A stretch of 64,000 nt of DNA, taken from positions 17,546,001-17,610,000 of the forward strand of contig OZ059895.1 in the NCBI GenBank assembly GCA_964057225.1. The letters run 5' to 3'. The first letter of the stretch is position 1. Each line of letters begins with the position of its first letter. The position numbers were made by a program, and so were the translations under genes. The notes below the pieces were generated by a model. The model was not told the DNA's origin and did not search any database. It saw only the letters and a list, made by a program, of their open reading frames with translations. Of this stretch, positions 38,701-57,700 are shown in pieces. The stretch is from Auanema rhodensis (lineage: Eukaryota > Animalia > Nematoda).

Positions 38701-41585
38701 GGCGTAAACGAAGAAAATATAGATTGAGCGAATCGAATCTGATAAATCGCTTAGTAGATGAAGCAATCGCAGGTACTAATAATAATACTCAGCTTCATTG
38801 TACTCTGTTGTCAACTTTTGCACAGGTTAATAAACAAATATGTTGTCTGATTTCATATTATGTACATATTCAGGATGCCTGGGGAAGAGCTACACTGCGT
38901 AAAAATGGTGCTTTGGATTTGTTGGTAGAGAGATTCGCAAAATCAAAAGAAAATTCTGAAAGACTATCTACTATACAATCTTTAAAACATTTTATTCATG
39001 ATACAGCAGGTTTGATAATTAGTAATATATTTTTAACTCAGTTTAAGGAATGGCTCATCTTGTACGGAGTGCACTTTTTCTTGATACCATCATTAGTGAC
39101 GTTCAAAGTTTTGTAAATGATAATACAGTTATTTGTATTGTAAGACATATAAACTATGCATATCTTAAGATGTTTTTCAGCCAATGGTAAAATCTGAAGA
39201 TGATTATTTTCGTCCTGACAGTCCTTTGCTGATGGAGATCGAATCTAGTCTTCGACGACAAAGTGCTGATAACTCGGTATGCGTTTAACTCGCTATCAAT
39301 TGCCATGGTTCTGCTTATTTAATGTCTTTAAAAGAAACTTTGTTTTTCAAGTTCCTTTTGATATTTACTTTTTTGTGGCCCTGCACTTTTATTTGTTTTT
39401 TCCTGAATGTGACATTATTGGGTCCATTTAAATCGTGGCTTATATGATTCTTCAAGAAATTGAATAACGTGTTGCAGGAAACGACAAAAAATTAATTATT
39501 CTGAAAAGACAGCACTTAATAATATAAATTGTAAACTATGCCAACGATGTCAATACATTTCTAGGAACCGAATGTGCTCTATAAAACGTTTTACTATGCT
39601 CCTCCGGAATCTTTTTCACCATCTCCACTCTCATCACCTCCTTACAGCAGCCCTTCCAATGAAGGACCTTCCCCCATTCATTCAACTTCAACAAGTCCCG
39701 GTCTAAGGTATTGTAAGTGTCTGGCTAATTCTGATTTTATCTTAGTTATATGGCGACCAGTGTCGGAGACACTGCTTCTTCCTCAGTGGCGGAAGAACAA
39801 AGAACGGGAACTGATGTTATGAAAGAAAGAAAACATGTATGTAGATTAGTAATGAACTTTTATAAGAGAAAAACAGATTATTGATGCTGAACTTTGGTTA
39901 ATAACCTGGCAAGCACAAGAAGATTCTAATATCCCCTTTTTAATTAGGGAAGATTTAGTGGTTAGAATTGAAAATATACCGCTTCTGAATGAGAGTTTTT
40001 AAGATTGAGATTATTCGTTATCTGTCACTTGTACCTCGAGCTGATTTTCGAGCAGGACGAGCGCTTAAGCGTATGGCTTCTTCTCGAACTTCTATAGACA
40101 CTCTTCTTCAAATGCAATTTCACATTCGAGTTCATGACGCCTTATGTGAGGTACCATGTCGTACAGCGAGGTCTGATCTATATTGTTATGATTTACAATT
40201 TTTAGTTCAGATTCGCGAAACGTTGTAATAGATGTGAGAAATGTGTTGAAGTAGGGAAAGAAATTTTAAGGTATCCGCTGAAAAATCTAACATAAAATCA
40301 TTCGTTTTTTTAGAGAATTTAGTAGTCACGTTGATAGTGGCTACGGCGATTCCTTTTTGGTTCAACGAATTAGAAGCGATAGCTTTGTTGAAAAGCTGCA
40401 AGCTGCAATAGCAAAAGTGTTACTGCTTAAGTCTTAATTTAATTAGAATAATGTTGTTAATATTTAACGTATTGAAGGGACACTGCTGGCGCGAGAAGAA
40501 GAAATATGTCCAGTTTATATTCATTATCAATTAATATTCTCTTCTCATCCTTTGAGGAAATGTTGAGAAGATCAAAAGGAGCATGTGCATTAGAGCTCAT
40601 CACCTATACCAATGGGGTTTGACAGCATATAATTTCATTATTTATATTTGAAATTTTTTTAGCCATATATATGCTCGCAAATAGTGTATGCTGTCTCAAG
40701 ACTGATTTCTAATAGGAGAGCGAGGTATTAAAATTTGCTAAGCTAGTTAAAATAAGGAATGTTATTCAGAGAAATTTTGGAGATCGATGAGCCATATAAT
40801 CATCCTGAATCTGTCCCATGTTTACTAGCACAGTATAATTCTTCTGAGAATCATGGGAAATCAGAAACTAGGTTTATTTAAATTGATCACAATATGTGAA
40901 TATTTGTTTTAGTGATGAAGAGCTTTTGACTTTTACCACTGAGTCAGATGAAGTGATAATCAAAATACCATTAAGCACTGCATGTGAAAATAGTGGATAT
41001 TTCCAGGTTTGATAACTGTAAAAAAAAGTCTTATTAAAATTGCAGGGAATGTTTTCTGCAAACTTAGCAGAGAAAACTTCTAATCAGCGAGTTTTTAAAT
41101 TCGATCCTATTTCTGAAGGCTGTTCTGTAGAGGATTTTGTTTGTTTTCTGCATTTTTTATCTGGTTGTAGAGACAGGTGCTCCAGGATTTCTTCTGCTTC
41201 TTCTTGCAAAGCTCTTATTAATGTAGGATATATATTTAGCAATTTTCAAATAGTTCAATTAATTTCAGCTCGCTGATCGTTATATCTGTACTTCTCTTAG
41301 TGAATGGATTTGCGATCCTCATGGACCTGCAATGAGTTTTTTGAATGGTGAAACTGTGCCTGTTATTTTGTCGCTTGCATTACTGACAGAAATGTATCCT
41401 AGGTTTACACATTTTAATAAGCTTTTTCAAAATATTTTCCTTTCAGATTGCTAAGCAAATGTTTTTTAACCATAGTTAAGTACTGTTCTCCTGGTGATAT
41501 ATTAGAAACTTTTGTAACAATTTCCTCCTCACCTGTATTAATTACTTCGTTCATAAAAAGTTTTAGGGAATTTTTAGGAGAATAG
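35717..41585 (+). CDS. ARMC5-like armadillo-repeat/BTB protein (CUL3 adaptor family)
   Basis: ARM-type helical exons (DAWGRATLRKNGALDLLV), Ser/Pro linker, C-terminal BTB-like ENSGYFQ|GMFSANLAE...FLHFLSGCRDRC resembling the ARMC5 LHHLHGCRGC motif; ends FREFLGE*. Confidence 0.8.
36718..37125 (-). CDS. dap-1: Death-associated protein 1 (DAP1 family), 105 aa, 3 exons, nested antisense in ARMC5-like intron
   Basis: Exons 37125-37042, 36997-36905, 36858-36718 with GT-AG introns give MALELDHELKGGHLPATKVGGRRVMNKK|DRRVSENERTSSESSDEAIKDLEKDAGLPGQ|MDRCYPTTAVKMSHDKLMPQHQHIHHQRIPSHMRSTNQVFQPRKHC*; matches DAP1 N-terminal GHPPAVKAGGMR and C-terminal QPRK motifs. Confidence 0.92.
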
Positions 41586-41743
41586 TTTTTTTTACTGATT
41601 TCCTCAAATTCGCACTGGTTTATATCATGGGTTGTTTTTCATATCATTATATAAAATTTTATTTTCATGTTTGTAATAAAGATAAGAGACTTTTCTATTC
41701 GTACGCTTTTCTCTTCGTCATAGAATATCTCGACCATGAAAGT

Positions 41744-41770
41744 GCGCTCTAGCGCAATTGGATACGGTAG
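41744..41770 (+). promoter_or_regulatory. Paired promoter motif GCGCTCTA-N11-TACGGTAG upstream of csn-2
   Basis: Lies between the ARMC5-like AATAAA (41675-41680) and the csn-2 ATG; same spacing as 35580-35606. Confidence 0.55.
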
Positions 41771-41943
41771 CTAAGGAGCATCTCAGTCATTTAAAAAGTA
41801 TGTCACTAAAACATAGTAAAGAAATTATAGTATAATTTTAATAAGTCTTTGTTTATTTTTTATAGTTTAGCTTTTAAAATATGATTGTCAATAGGAAAAA
41901 GATTACTAACACATTGCTTTAATAGTTGCCATATAAAACGACC

Positions 41944-43899
<1,956 letters not shown>

Positions 43900-44132
43900 A
43901 TTCCTATCCAAGGCTTGTAATCTACCAGTGATAATTTCGAATTATTTAGAAGTGATTCTAGTTTATATACATAATGCGAGTGGCATGACTTTACGAGTAT
44001 TCAAATTAAAATAAGATTTTTTAATCTTGGTTTTTCTTTTAATTTAGCATTTGTCGTACACACGATAATATATACATTCTTATCATTAAGCTATGACTTA
44101 TATCCTTTTTGATTCTTCTAGGCCTTTTTTCA

Positions 44133-44694
<562 letters not shown>

Positions 44695-44784
44695 ACCATT
44701 GTTTTATGCAAGTGTGATTTGATCTCTTAATCCTTTTTGTTATATTATATCCCAATTCTTGTATCTCTGCAATTATGAATTTAC

Positions 44785-44890
44785 TAATAAAATTTTCATT
44801 TTGAGCATTAGGAATTGTCTTGAAGTGTTTTATCACTTTTCTACTTTCAACATTTAAAAAACGTCAAAGCAAATTAGTTTTAAAGAGAAA
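44785..44890 (+). promoter_or_regulatory. Operon-type intercistronic region (AATAAA, U-rich tract, trans-splice acceptor)
   Basis: AATAAA near 44785-44790, T-rich tract containing TACTTT (Ur-like UAYYUU), AG about 100 nt later just before the vps-34 ATG: typical SL2 operon geometry. Confidence 0.65.
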
Positions 44891-48392
<3,502 letters not shown>

Positions 48393-48537
48393 TTTTGCGA
48401 AATTTTAAACCAATTGGGTTATTTGAATACAGGTTAATTTTGTACATAGGAAATATCTGTGATTATCTTTGTAGTTTTATGTAAATATTGTTTTCAAATT
48501 TTTATTAATTGTTCTTTTCGAATATGTAATGAACATT

Positions 48538-50359
48538 TCAAAGATATGACGATTTCTCGTTGAATGATGGACTATCAGAATCTGTACACGAATCACAATC
48601 TTGTAATAGATCTTCCCAATCTGTTATGAATAATTTGTGCGATTGAGAAATAACATTAGGAGTGGTGTTCACTAATTTGGGTTTACTTAAAGAAGAAGGA
48701 GGAGGTGGAGGTTTTGGGGGTCCTGGATCGGTTTGAGAGTGAGATAATTGAGATAGGGGTGCCAGTGGAAGACCTGAATCATCATAACAGCGTGCAGATA
48801 ATTCTCTGTCTTCTGGCAACTGAGGCAAAGTTGGCAGAGAAAATGTGACCCGTGGAAAAACAAGGCCGCCAGGATGAGCTTTTCGAATAGTTACCGGTTT
48901 TGAGGAGTTAGCAGTATTTTTTTGATAATCTGAAGAAGAAGATGTGGAATCGGGAGAATCAGGGGGAGGACATGTAGGCAACGGTGGTGGTAAGTCTTCC
49001 AGTTCTGAGATTAGAGGAGGTGGAGCTGGCCATTCATCACTTGAGCTTGTCTCATCTATAACTGATACTTCCTTATCAAGTACTATTATTGGAGGAATAA
49101 GTTCAGGCTTTGGCTCAAAGCTTCTGTTCATTGTATCATTTAGCCAAGTAGGTGTGGAAGTTTGTAGATTTTCAAATATCGGATCTTCCTCATGAGGTTT
49201 ACCTAGTAATTGGCTAGGCAAACTCTGGAACGTCTTCATTGGCAGATCCTTCGAGCTACACGAGGGTAATGGGGAAAATGTGTCATCCATCGAATAGCAA
49301 CTTGTTTCTGATTGTGAAACACGAGGTAGTTGTACCTCTATTGGTTTGTCAACAATTTTAATCTTAGGTTGCGGAAGTGTCTGGGTTTTGTCTACACCAA
49401 TTATACCACCACATGATTGTGTTTCTTGAATATCTTGAACTTTTCGGGGTTGTTGGGTTACAATTGTTTTCGGGTTATTCGTATTCGTATTATCTTTGGT
49501 CGGTGTAGAAGACAGCGTTTTTCCATAGGATGCCATCTTTTTCAATGGCTTTAATAATTCAGAAGACTTTTTTCTAATTGAAGTGGGTTTTGATCGAGAT
49601 GATCTTGTAGTTGTAGTAGTGACTTCCTCAATGATCTCCTGAAAATATGAAAAATGTACGAAGTTAAATATTTCTTTGCAAACCTCAGTTTCTAGAAATT
49701 CAGTCAATTCTTTAGATATTTTTCGTTCCTTAGGAAATAAATATGAACTTTTAAACAATTTTGGCTTCATCGGAGATTCACTTCTAGAACGATTCAAGCT
49801 CTGTCTAAAAATATCAGAATTATATGAAGTGAGATGATTCAAAATTATAACCTGTAGCAATCCAACTCTTCATATATATGCTCAGCAGATGTATCTTTGT
49901 TTGGTTCAGCATACACATGCTCTTCAAGGACTGGTTTGCCCAGGTATCTGAGTTAATAATTGTAACGAAGATCTTGTGAAATCCCTACTTTTTGCACAAA
50001 TTATCTGATGATTGTCGAATTTCAGCTGTTTTGATAGGATTACTTATAAGATACTAAAATATATTCTTGTAATATTTTGTTTTAAAGATTAACAGATTTT
50101 CCAAAAACTTAAAAATAAAGCTCTTTACCGCATTAGATGCCTTCAGCTCAAGATAATCAGATTTCGTTCTATCATTTCGTGGAGAAACTTCAGATATCAG
50201 TGAATCCTCAGATTCTGCTAGAGGTGAGAGTAGTAATCCATCATCCAATACAAAATCAGTTTCTTGACTAAAAATGCATCTGATTTATCAGTTTGTTGTT
50301 GTATTCACATTTATCTTCTTCTCAGCTCTTTTGAGATTTTCTCTTCTCTGTTTAGACAT
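48538..50359 (-). CDS. Ser/Pro-rich, largely disordered protein of unknown function
   Basis: ATG 50359 (MSKQRRENLKRAEKKIN), short GT-AG exons, then a terminal exon of about 1.1 kb with polyproline motifs (WPAPPP, LPPPLP, PPKPPPPP); convergent with vps-34. Confidence 0.7.
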
Positions 50360-51718
50360 AATGACTACGTAAACGAAGAATATGCCTGACTGCGATAATG
50401 CAGATTATTTTTATACGTTTTGTAGTTATTTTTTTTATTTTCGAGAACAATAAGATGAAAAAGACTGTAAATAAATAAAAAGATATTCTATAATAGTAGT
50501 AGTTATCGCTATATTAATGTTGTTGACTACCCTTAGCTTAACAGAACACACAAGGAGGAAATGTTTATGCATCCAGTGAGAATGATAGCAGACAGATTCT
50601 AACAATCAGAAAATAGCTCAATTGGAACATGCAAATCATTGATATCATTGATATAAAAAAAAGGTTTGTTGTTTGTTTATTTGTTTCGATTTTGGTTTTT
50701 AGGATTTTATACATAAATGGTCAAATATATATAAATATAAATATGTATATGAAACACTGGTAAAAGTTCACACACCAAGCCATTGTGATAATCTATTGAT
50801 ATAGGCCCGAGAGAAAATATGGGGTGAAAAACAAAAAAAAAGAATTAGGGAAAAAAACTGTAGGTAATGAGGATGATGAAAATAATGATAATGAGTAGAA
50901 GTATTATAAATGAAAATAAAATATTTGCATTAGATAATATAATAATGAGTGTATGCATATGTAAGCTAACACGAAACACGATATTTCAAACCATTTAGTT
51001 AATTTTGTCATAATAGTCAAATATAAATGAATTCAAGTAGAATATTTGCCAAGATTTATCAATAAGACATGCTTGAAGATAATAGTTAGAAAAGAAAAAT
51101 AAAATAAAGACATATTCACAGGATAGACGATGGGAAACAGGGAGTTTGCCAATATAGAAACAGATAATTGAGTTTAAGTATTATGCAGAAACTGAAAGAA
51201 TCAATTTACTTTATATCTTATATGATAATAATAAAGTAAGTTACTCCTTTTAATCAGAAACATCAAACTTAATTTATTCCGGAAACGTGTATATTTGGGC
51301 TTATATTAACTATTTAAACTCAACTTGCAAGTGATCTTTTCCTAATTAGTAGAACGTTAGGTCATTGGAAAAACTTTGTATATCAAATTATGACAACTTG
51401 ATTAAAACAGAGAGAATGGTAGAGAGTTAGAGAAACAAAGAAAAAAGTGAGAAAGGCAGAGAGGGAGGAGAGAGAGAAAATGTAAATGATAGAAACATTT
51501 TCAAATTGACTGAATGTTGTTTCTAACAACAAAATATTAAAAAAAAACATTTTCTAGCAGACTTCTTCCAGAAATCGAAACATAATCTATTAAAATAATT
51601 GTTCTATATTATCTATATCTATAGATAACACTTATTCTAACAAAACAATATAAGAATATGAATAAAAAAAATGATTAAAACATAAAAAACATAAAAACAT
51701 CTCAAAGAAATAAGTATT

Positions 51719-51721
<3 letters not shown>

Positions 51722-51764
<43 letters not shown>
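51722..51764. repeat. (CA)n microsatellite
   Basis: Perfect CA run of about 43 nt. Confidence 0.97.
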
Positions 51765-51767
<3 letters not shown>

Positions 51768-52047
51768 TACCACTGCTGTTTTAGTATGGAAATGCAGGCA
51801 ATTGCAAAGACAAAAAAACTTTCTGTCTGAATTGCTTAGTAACTAGAAAAAAAGGTATAAGAGGTGAGGCAAATCAAAAAGAACCAAGGGTAGTCATAGC
51901 GAATTGGAACATAAATTTAGTGTTAGTACATGCTTTGATACTGCGAAGAGAAAATCATCATATGAAACATGATAGTTTCTAATATAACAGAAGCCAGCTG
52001 ATAAAAGTTTGGGAAACATTTTTGCTTGGAAAAGTTGCAGTTTAAGC

Positions 52048-54768
52048 TTACAATTGGGAGACAATGTTGTCCATGATGTCACGTGTCTGATATAAAGTTG
52101 TATGCAGATCGCGTGGATTTTTCTTCTGATTTCCGTCAATGTAGTTAGGATCACGTTCGATGGATATAGAGCGGGAAACAGGATCGTATGTTGTGCGAGA
52201 AACTTGCGTTCGGGAACGGGAGGGACGCTCTGTACTCACTGCGACTGGAGTTCGGACTGCTGGAGACTGGCTGCGATGATGGCGATGATGCCGAGCTTCG
52301 CGATCCTCACGTTGTGATCTATAATGGCTGTGAGCTCGCCGTCTGCTAGACTGAGATTCTCGGCCATCCCGATCATGAGAATGAGGAGAGGAAATTCCAC
52401 GTCGTACCTGACGAGATTCAACTGGACTTTGACGCCTATGCCGGCTACTTCGAGAATCGCGTCCACTGCGTTCACCTCGTGATTCACGTGCATCGTCACG
52501 GTCACTTCGATGATACTCTCGATCAGATCGATGATGCTCACCACGCTTGTTTCTAGAACTTGATTCCCGTGCATCACCTGGCCCACGACTATCTCGAGTT
52601 GATTGCTTGGCTTCTCTGACATCATAACGATCTGACTCTCGATTAAGATCATTCCGGGATCTACGAATGGGTTCAACATAGATAGGGCTTTGAGTTCCCG
52701 ATGGAGGTAAAATCGGGGTATCATTCAAATACGATGGCGTCACGGTTCGTATCTGAGCCAGTTGTGATGGGCTTTCACGAATTCGAGGTGCGGAGATGTA
52801 AGATGTAGCTGAAGGAGGCCTGAAATCAAAACAATGTTAATTTGCTTTTGGTTTAGCAGGAGCACTAGTGCACCTGAGATCTTCGTGCGACGATGCGATC
52901 ATAGGGTGCGATAACATTGAGACTTCGGAAGGTGATTTGACCATGTACGGTGATGTGGAACGATTAAGCATCATAGTTGGCGGATTATACAATCTAGAAG
53001 ATTATACAAAAGTGATTTTGACAATGTGCAGCATATAAAAATGCATTTTTAACATGAGAACGTTTTAACATATCAACATAAAGTTACATAAAGATAAGCC
53101 TGATATGCAAAATTTATTATAAAAGATTTACCTGGGATCTACGGAGTGTACAGTTGGGATGTGATAGGGCTGAGATGAGAATGGTTGCGGTGATGGAGCT
53201 AGTGTTGCCTCAGAAAATGGTGAGCGCATTCCCGTGTATGGATCATATCTGAAATATTTTAGGTAACAATTACTTCTAGTAAGTTGTAAGTTTAATGCTT
53301 TCTACCTCTCGCTCTGCTGCAAATATCGATTTGTTTCTTCTACACCATCAACTAGATTTTCCTTCCATTGAACACCTCGCTGACTACTTGAGCTCGTTGA
53401 ATTCAATGGTCGATCATTAATTAACGTTTCAGTCCTGTAATGAAAGCACGTTATAGTTATTTATTATAGAATATCTACCTTTGCGATGTCCACCTTTCAT
53501 AATTTGGTCCGTTTAAACGAAGCAGCTGAGGTCTATCGTCAATTCCTGGAGCTGGGGGCGGTGGTAGAGCAACTAATTTCGTAGGGTTTGACGGATCAAT
53601 CTGGAAGTTATATATGTTGAATAAGCGGAGGACAAATATAAATATATACAGGTGTTCGAAATACTTCAACCGTTGTTGTAGTTGTTAGAGTATCATTTAT
53701 AAGAGCATCGGCAGAGCTCGATGACTCAGCTCTCCTCAGGCCTACATCGAACTTTCTCGGAACTAATGAATCCTGAAATAGAATATATTAAGTAATAGTA
53801 ATCTATTATTGGGGTTCTCCTATTTACTTACATGTCATGCTACACAATAGGAAAATATTTAAGTTTTAAATAAATCAAAATAAAGTTTTTCGTTATTACC
53901 GGTTCAAAGACGTTCAGAGTAACCCGAGACGGTGTGATGAATTCATCCGGCGGAGAATCTCTTCCGGTAAAGTGATATATGGGTGACGGAGGTGTTGGTG
54001 GACGACGTATAGGTGATTCATGACGAGAGCGATTTCCTGGAAAAAAGACGTTTGCGTAAAGGGTAAGCAAGCAAAGTCTTGGGAAAAATCATCTAAAAGG
54101 ACAGCATGATTGACAACTCACTTTCATGGGAGAGGTTCTCATGACTACGTGATCTAATGGATGTATCTACAGATGAAAATTAATATGTTAGGAATGCAAA
54201 TATTTATCGAGATACCTGGTTGTAAATCATAACGTCTATCGTGAGCATATGTTCCAGGAGGCTGTGGACTAAGAGTTGGAATGCGCGACCAGCCTGAATA
54301 TGATTTATACTAAGACAGAAATATTTCAAACTTAATACTTGTATTGATGTTTTCTTGACTTGTAGAAGGTATCATATGAATAGGATTTGGACTAGCTGCA
54401 CTAACAATACGTGTACCCTGAGGTGTTTCAACTATCGGCAACCGAGATGGTGGAGCTATGGACCACATTGAGCCTGAAAAGGGCAATATCAGATTTGTCG
54501 CAAAACATTGTTTCTTAAAGCATTTTTACAATTCAAATATATTTTTTTCAGTTCTTGTTGAAATTTACTGACCTGGATTACTAGAAGCAGAACTTGCTGT
54601 TACATTTGCTGGATTATTAGATTGAATACCACTATGTACAACAAAACCACTATGACTGCCATGAGTAGTGATAGTGGTTTTCATGTTGATTACCATTTGG
54701 CCTTGAGGAGCAGACCGCATGTCTTCAAATCCAGATGATAAACTGGAATGAATATGTGAAAGTCTCTC
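52048..54768 (-). CDS. Multi-exon low-complexity Pro/Ser/Arg-rich protein of unknown function; 5' end uncertain
   Basis: About 11 GT-AG-bounded open exons (ERLSHIHSSLSSGFEDM..., IDPSNPTKLVALPPPP..., RS/RD-rich last exon ending TRDIMDNIVSQL*). First visible exon starts at an acceptor. Confidence 0.7.
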
Positions 54769-57700
54769 CTGAAAGAAATATATAATTAGTAAAAATGTAC
54801 ACATTTTAAATAAATAAATATATGTTTAAATAATAAAACTAGATGTTTTATATTAAATATAAAGCAGAAATGATTAAAGTTGCAATAGTATACGTACATA
54901 TACATATATTTACAAAAATGTGATGAATTGCAACATAATGATAGAGAAGAGGGTATTGAATGAGATTAATGGAAATAAATTAAATGATGAATGAATAAAT
55001 ATCATATTCGAAGAGAGAGAGAAAATGAAAAATAGGATAATATTTAGTGAGAAAAAAAAACGGAAAAAATCAACCGCTCAATCGTTGCTGAGGTGAAAAT
55101 AATGAAATTATATATTTTTTTAAATAAAAAATGTACTTCTAGCTTAAGAGGTTGTAAAAACGTGTAAGAATTTTAGTTCAATAGTAAGAAGAATAAGTTG
55201 AAATAATACATAACAAAGGTAGAAAAATACTTTGTTTTTGGAAGAAAATGCAAATTCATTGGTATAATTCATTTAAAAGTATACGCAGATAGAAGAAATA
55301 CATTGAGAGAAAGAGAATAAGAGGTTAAACATTATTCATACAAATAGGGAAATACGAATAGGTTCTCTATGCAAATAAGGCATGTGCTCTATTTGGTGCA
55401 ATGCTGAGCTCTAAGTCAGTCATTCAGTCTGACAGTCCTACTTTGCTTCGTTGTGATGATGGGTCGCATTAAATCGATAAGACAAACTATGATAAGCTGT
55501 TCAATATGAATATAGGAAAATAGTTGCTTGAATAAGAATTAAATCACAAAAGCAACAGAAAAAAAGAGACAAGGAATTAGGAAAGAATGTTAAGAGTTAG
55601 AATGATCACACGACGATGTGATAACCAAGAGTGGTAAAACAAAGTAGAGGCCCAAACACATAACTAATAGTATTGTTTTCGTTTAAGGTAAAAATGATGA
55701 AGATACATGAATAAATATGGGTATAGATGCTCAAATTTCGAATAGCTAGAACAATAGGCAGAATTTCAAAGCGAAAATGAAAAAAAAAGAAGCTTTTAGT
55801 ATATGCTATGATGTAATGAACACGAAGATGCAAAAGCAGTAGATGATATTTTTTTTACATTCAAGTAGAAGAATCGGCATAAGAAATAGGAAAAAAAAGG
55901 AAAATGATGGAATAGGAGATAGATGGTAAGTATAAATCTGAATGTAAGACATAATATTGATATGTTTATGATAATAATTAAATTTATGTCATTATAAATA
56001 TAGATTAATTGGATGTAATATCTGTGAAATTGAGTATTACTGGTCCAACAATTTCTATATAAATTAAGATTATTAAAAAAATTTGAATATATTAACCAAT
56101 ACTATATATATATATATATATTTATAAACTTATATAAGACAGATAAGACAAACAGACCCACGGCACATGTCATTAATGAATAACATACAGTCAGAATTCG
56201 ATAAAATTGTAAAAAGGACACAAGCAATTCAAATGACCACAACCGTCATATCAATACAATTTTTAGAATAATTGAGATTTTTCATGTCATAATAATATAG
56301 AAATTCGAAATATAACATATAATTGAGTCATTCAAGTTGATGTTGTACCAAGCATACACTTTAATATGTTCAAGTGTTGTAACTCATAAACACACATGTT
56401 TATAGGCTTCATAGGTATTGATGTTATTCAATTTTCAATAGGAGTAGCCTATAGCTTTCTCCGAAGCTTGTATATGACAGAAAATTTTTTTTTCTTTCTT
56501 CTTCTCTCTAATTTTCTTTTTTTTTGTCATACAAGATTGTTCATTATTCAGTTTATAGCTTTAAAACGACAGGATAAGTAAGCATGCTAGAAAATGTGGG
56601 CCAAAGTATAGATAGGGGGTGGTCTATTGCTGACACGGAAGTCAGCAATTGTGCAAAAAAAATTGGCTGGAAAGTTTGTATGAGAGAAAGACAAGGATAT
56701 TCCGATAGCAAGCCGGCAATGGAGCTTCTAGCAAGGGCAATACATGTGTAAAACTAGATAATTATTTGTTCAAACACTTGATGAATCAGTAGCTCAAACG
56801 AAAATAGAAGCTGCTGATATATGCTTGTCACTTCATTTATTATAAAGTTAGTAAGCTTTTAGCTGTTACTAGACGCCTAGCCTTATCATTATTGATAGCT
56901 TATGAGAGAATAACGTAATATGTATGAACTTTAATTAGCTTATCTGTGTATATCATAACTGAAAAGAATTAAAGATTATGTGATATGCATATATGTATGT
57001 ACAAAAGCAAATAAGTCACTTATTCTTCATGATATATATATATATATATATAGATCTATCTAACTGTACAAAAAGCCAAATAGCCCCAGTGAATGAAGCT
57101 GTGATGGAGAGCAAAAGTTTGATGAAAGCAGGTATATTGCACACAAAACAAACTTGAAATGATGTGGTTGTACGCAGTACACATCTAAAAACACTCTCAA
57201 TAAATATTTCACGTAAAGGGCAAAGAAATACAAAAGATTAATTGAAAACAATCAGTGTGAGAATGTAAAAAACGGTTAAAAATCGATTCAATACATGTAA
57301 TATTGAGGAATATGTATATGAGACATGCTGACTGAATGTATGACGTGAAGCATCATCATCAATGGCTCAGATAGTAGAAGATGAGGTGAGGTAGAAGAGA
57401 AAAGGAAATAGAAAATAGTAGAGTTGAGATGCAAAGAAGAAGAATAAGAAGAAGGAGGAGGAGGAGAAGGAGACGAGGACGAAGAAGATCAAGAAGAATA
57501 GAAGGACGGTCGATATACTACACACATAGGCTAGTCGAGCCATGAGTCAAAATCAGATGTAAATAGCTTTTGATAATGAAGATTATAGGTCATTAAACTG
57601 TTGAGTTTACGTACGGAGTGATACTAACTGTGATATAAAGCGTTGGTGTTGATGTGAGCCTATGATTCAATGGCTGGTTTTCATAGCATTTCATGTACAA

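Noticed and set aside
52102-52724. Alternative-frame and antisense ORFs
   Set aside because: Shadows of the RS-rich terminal exon.
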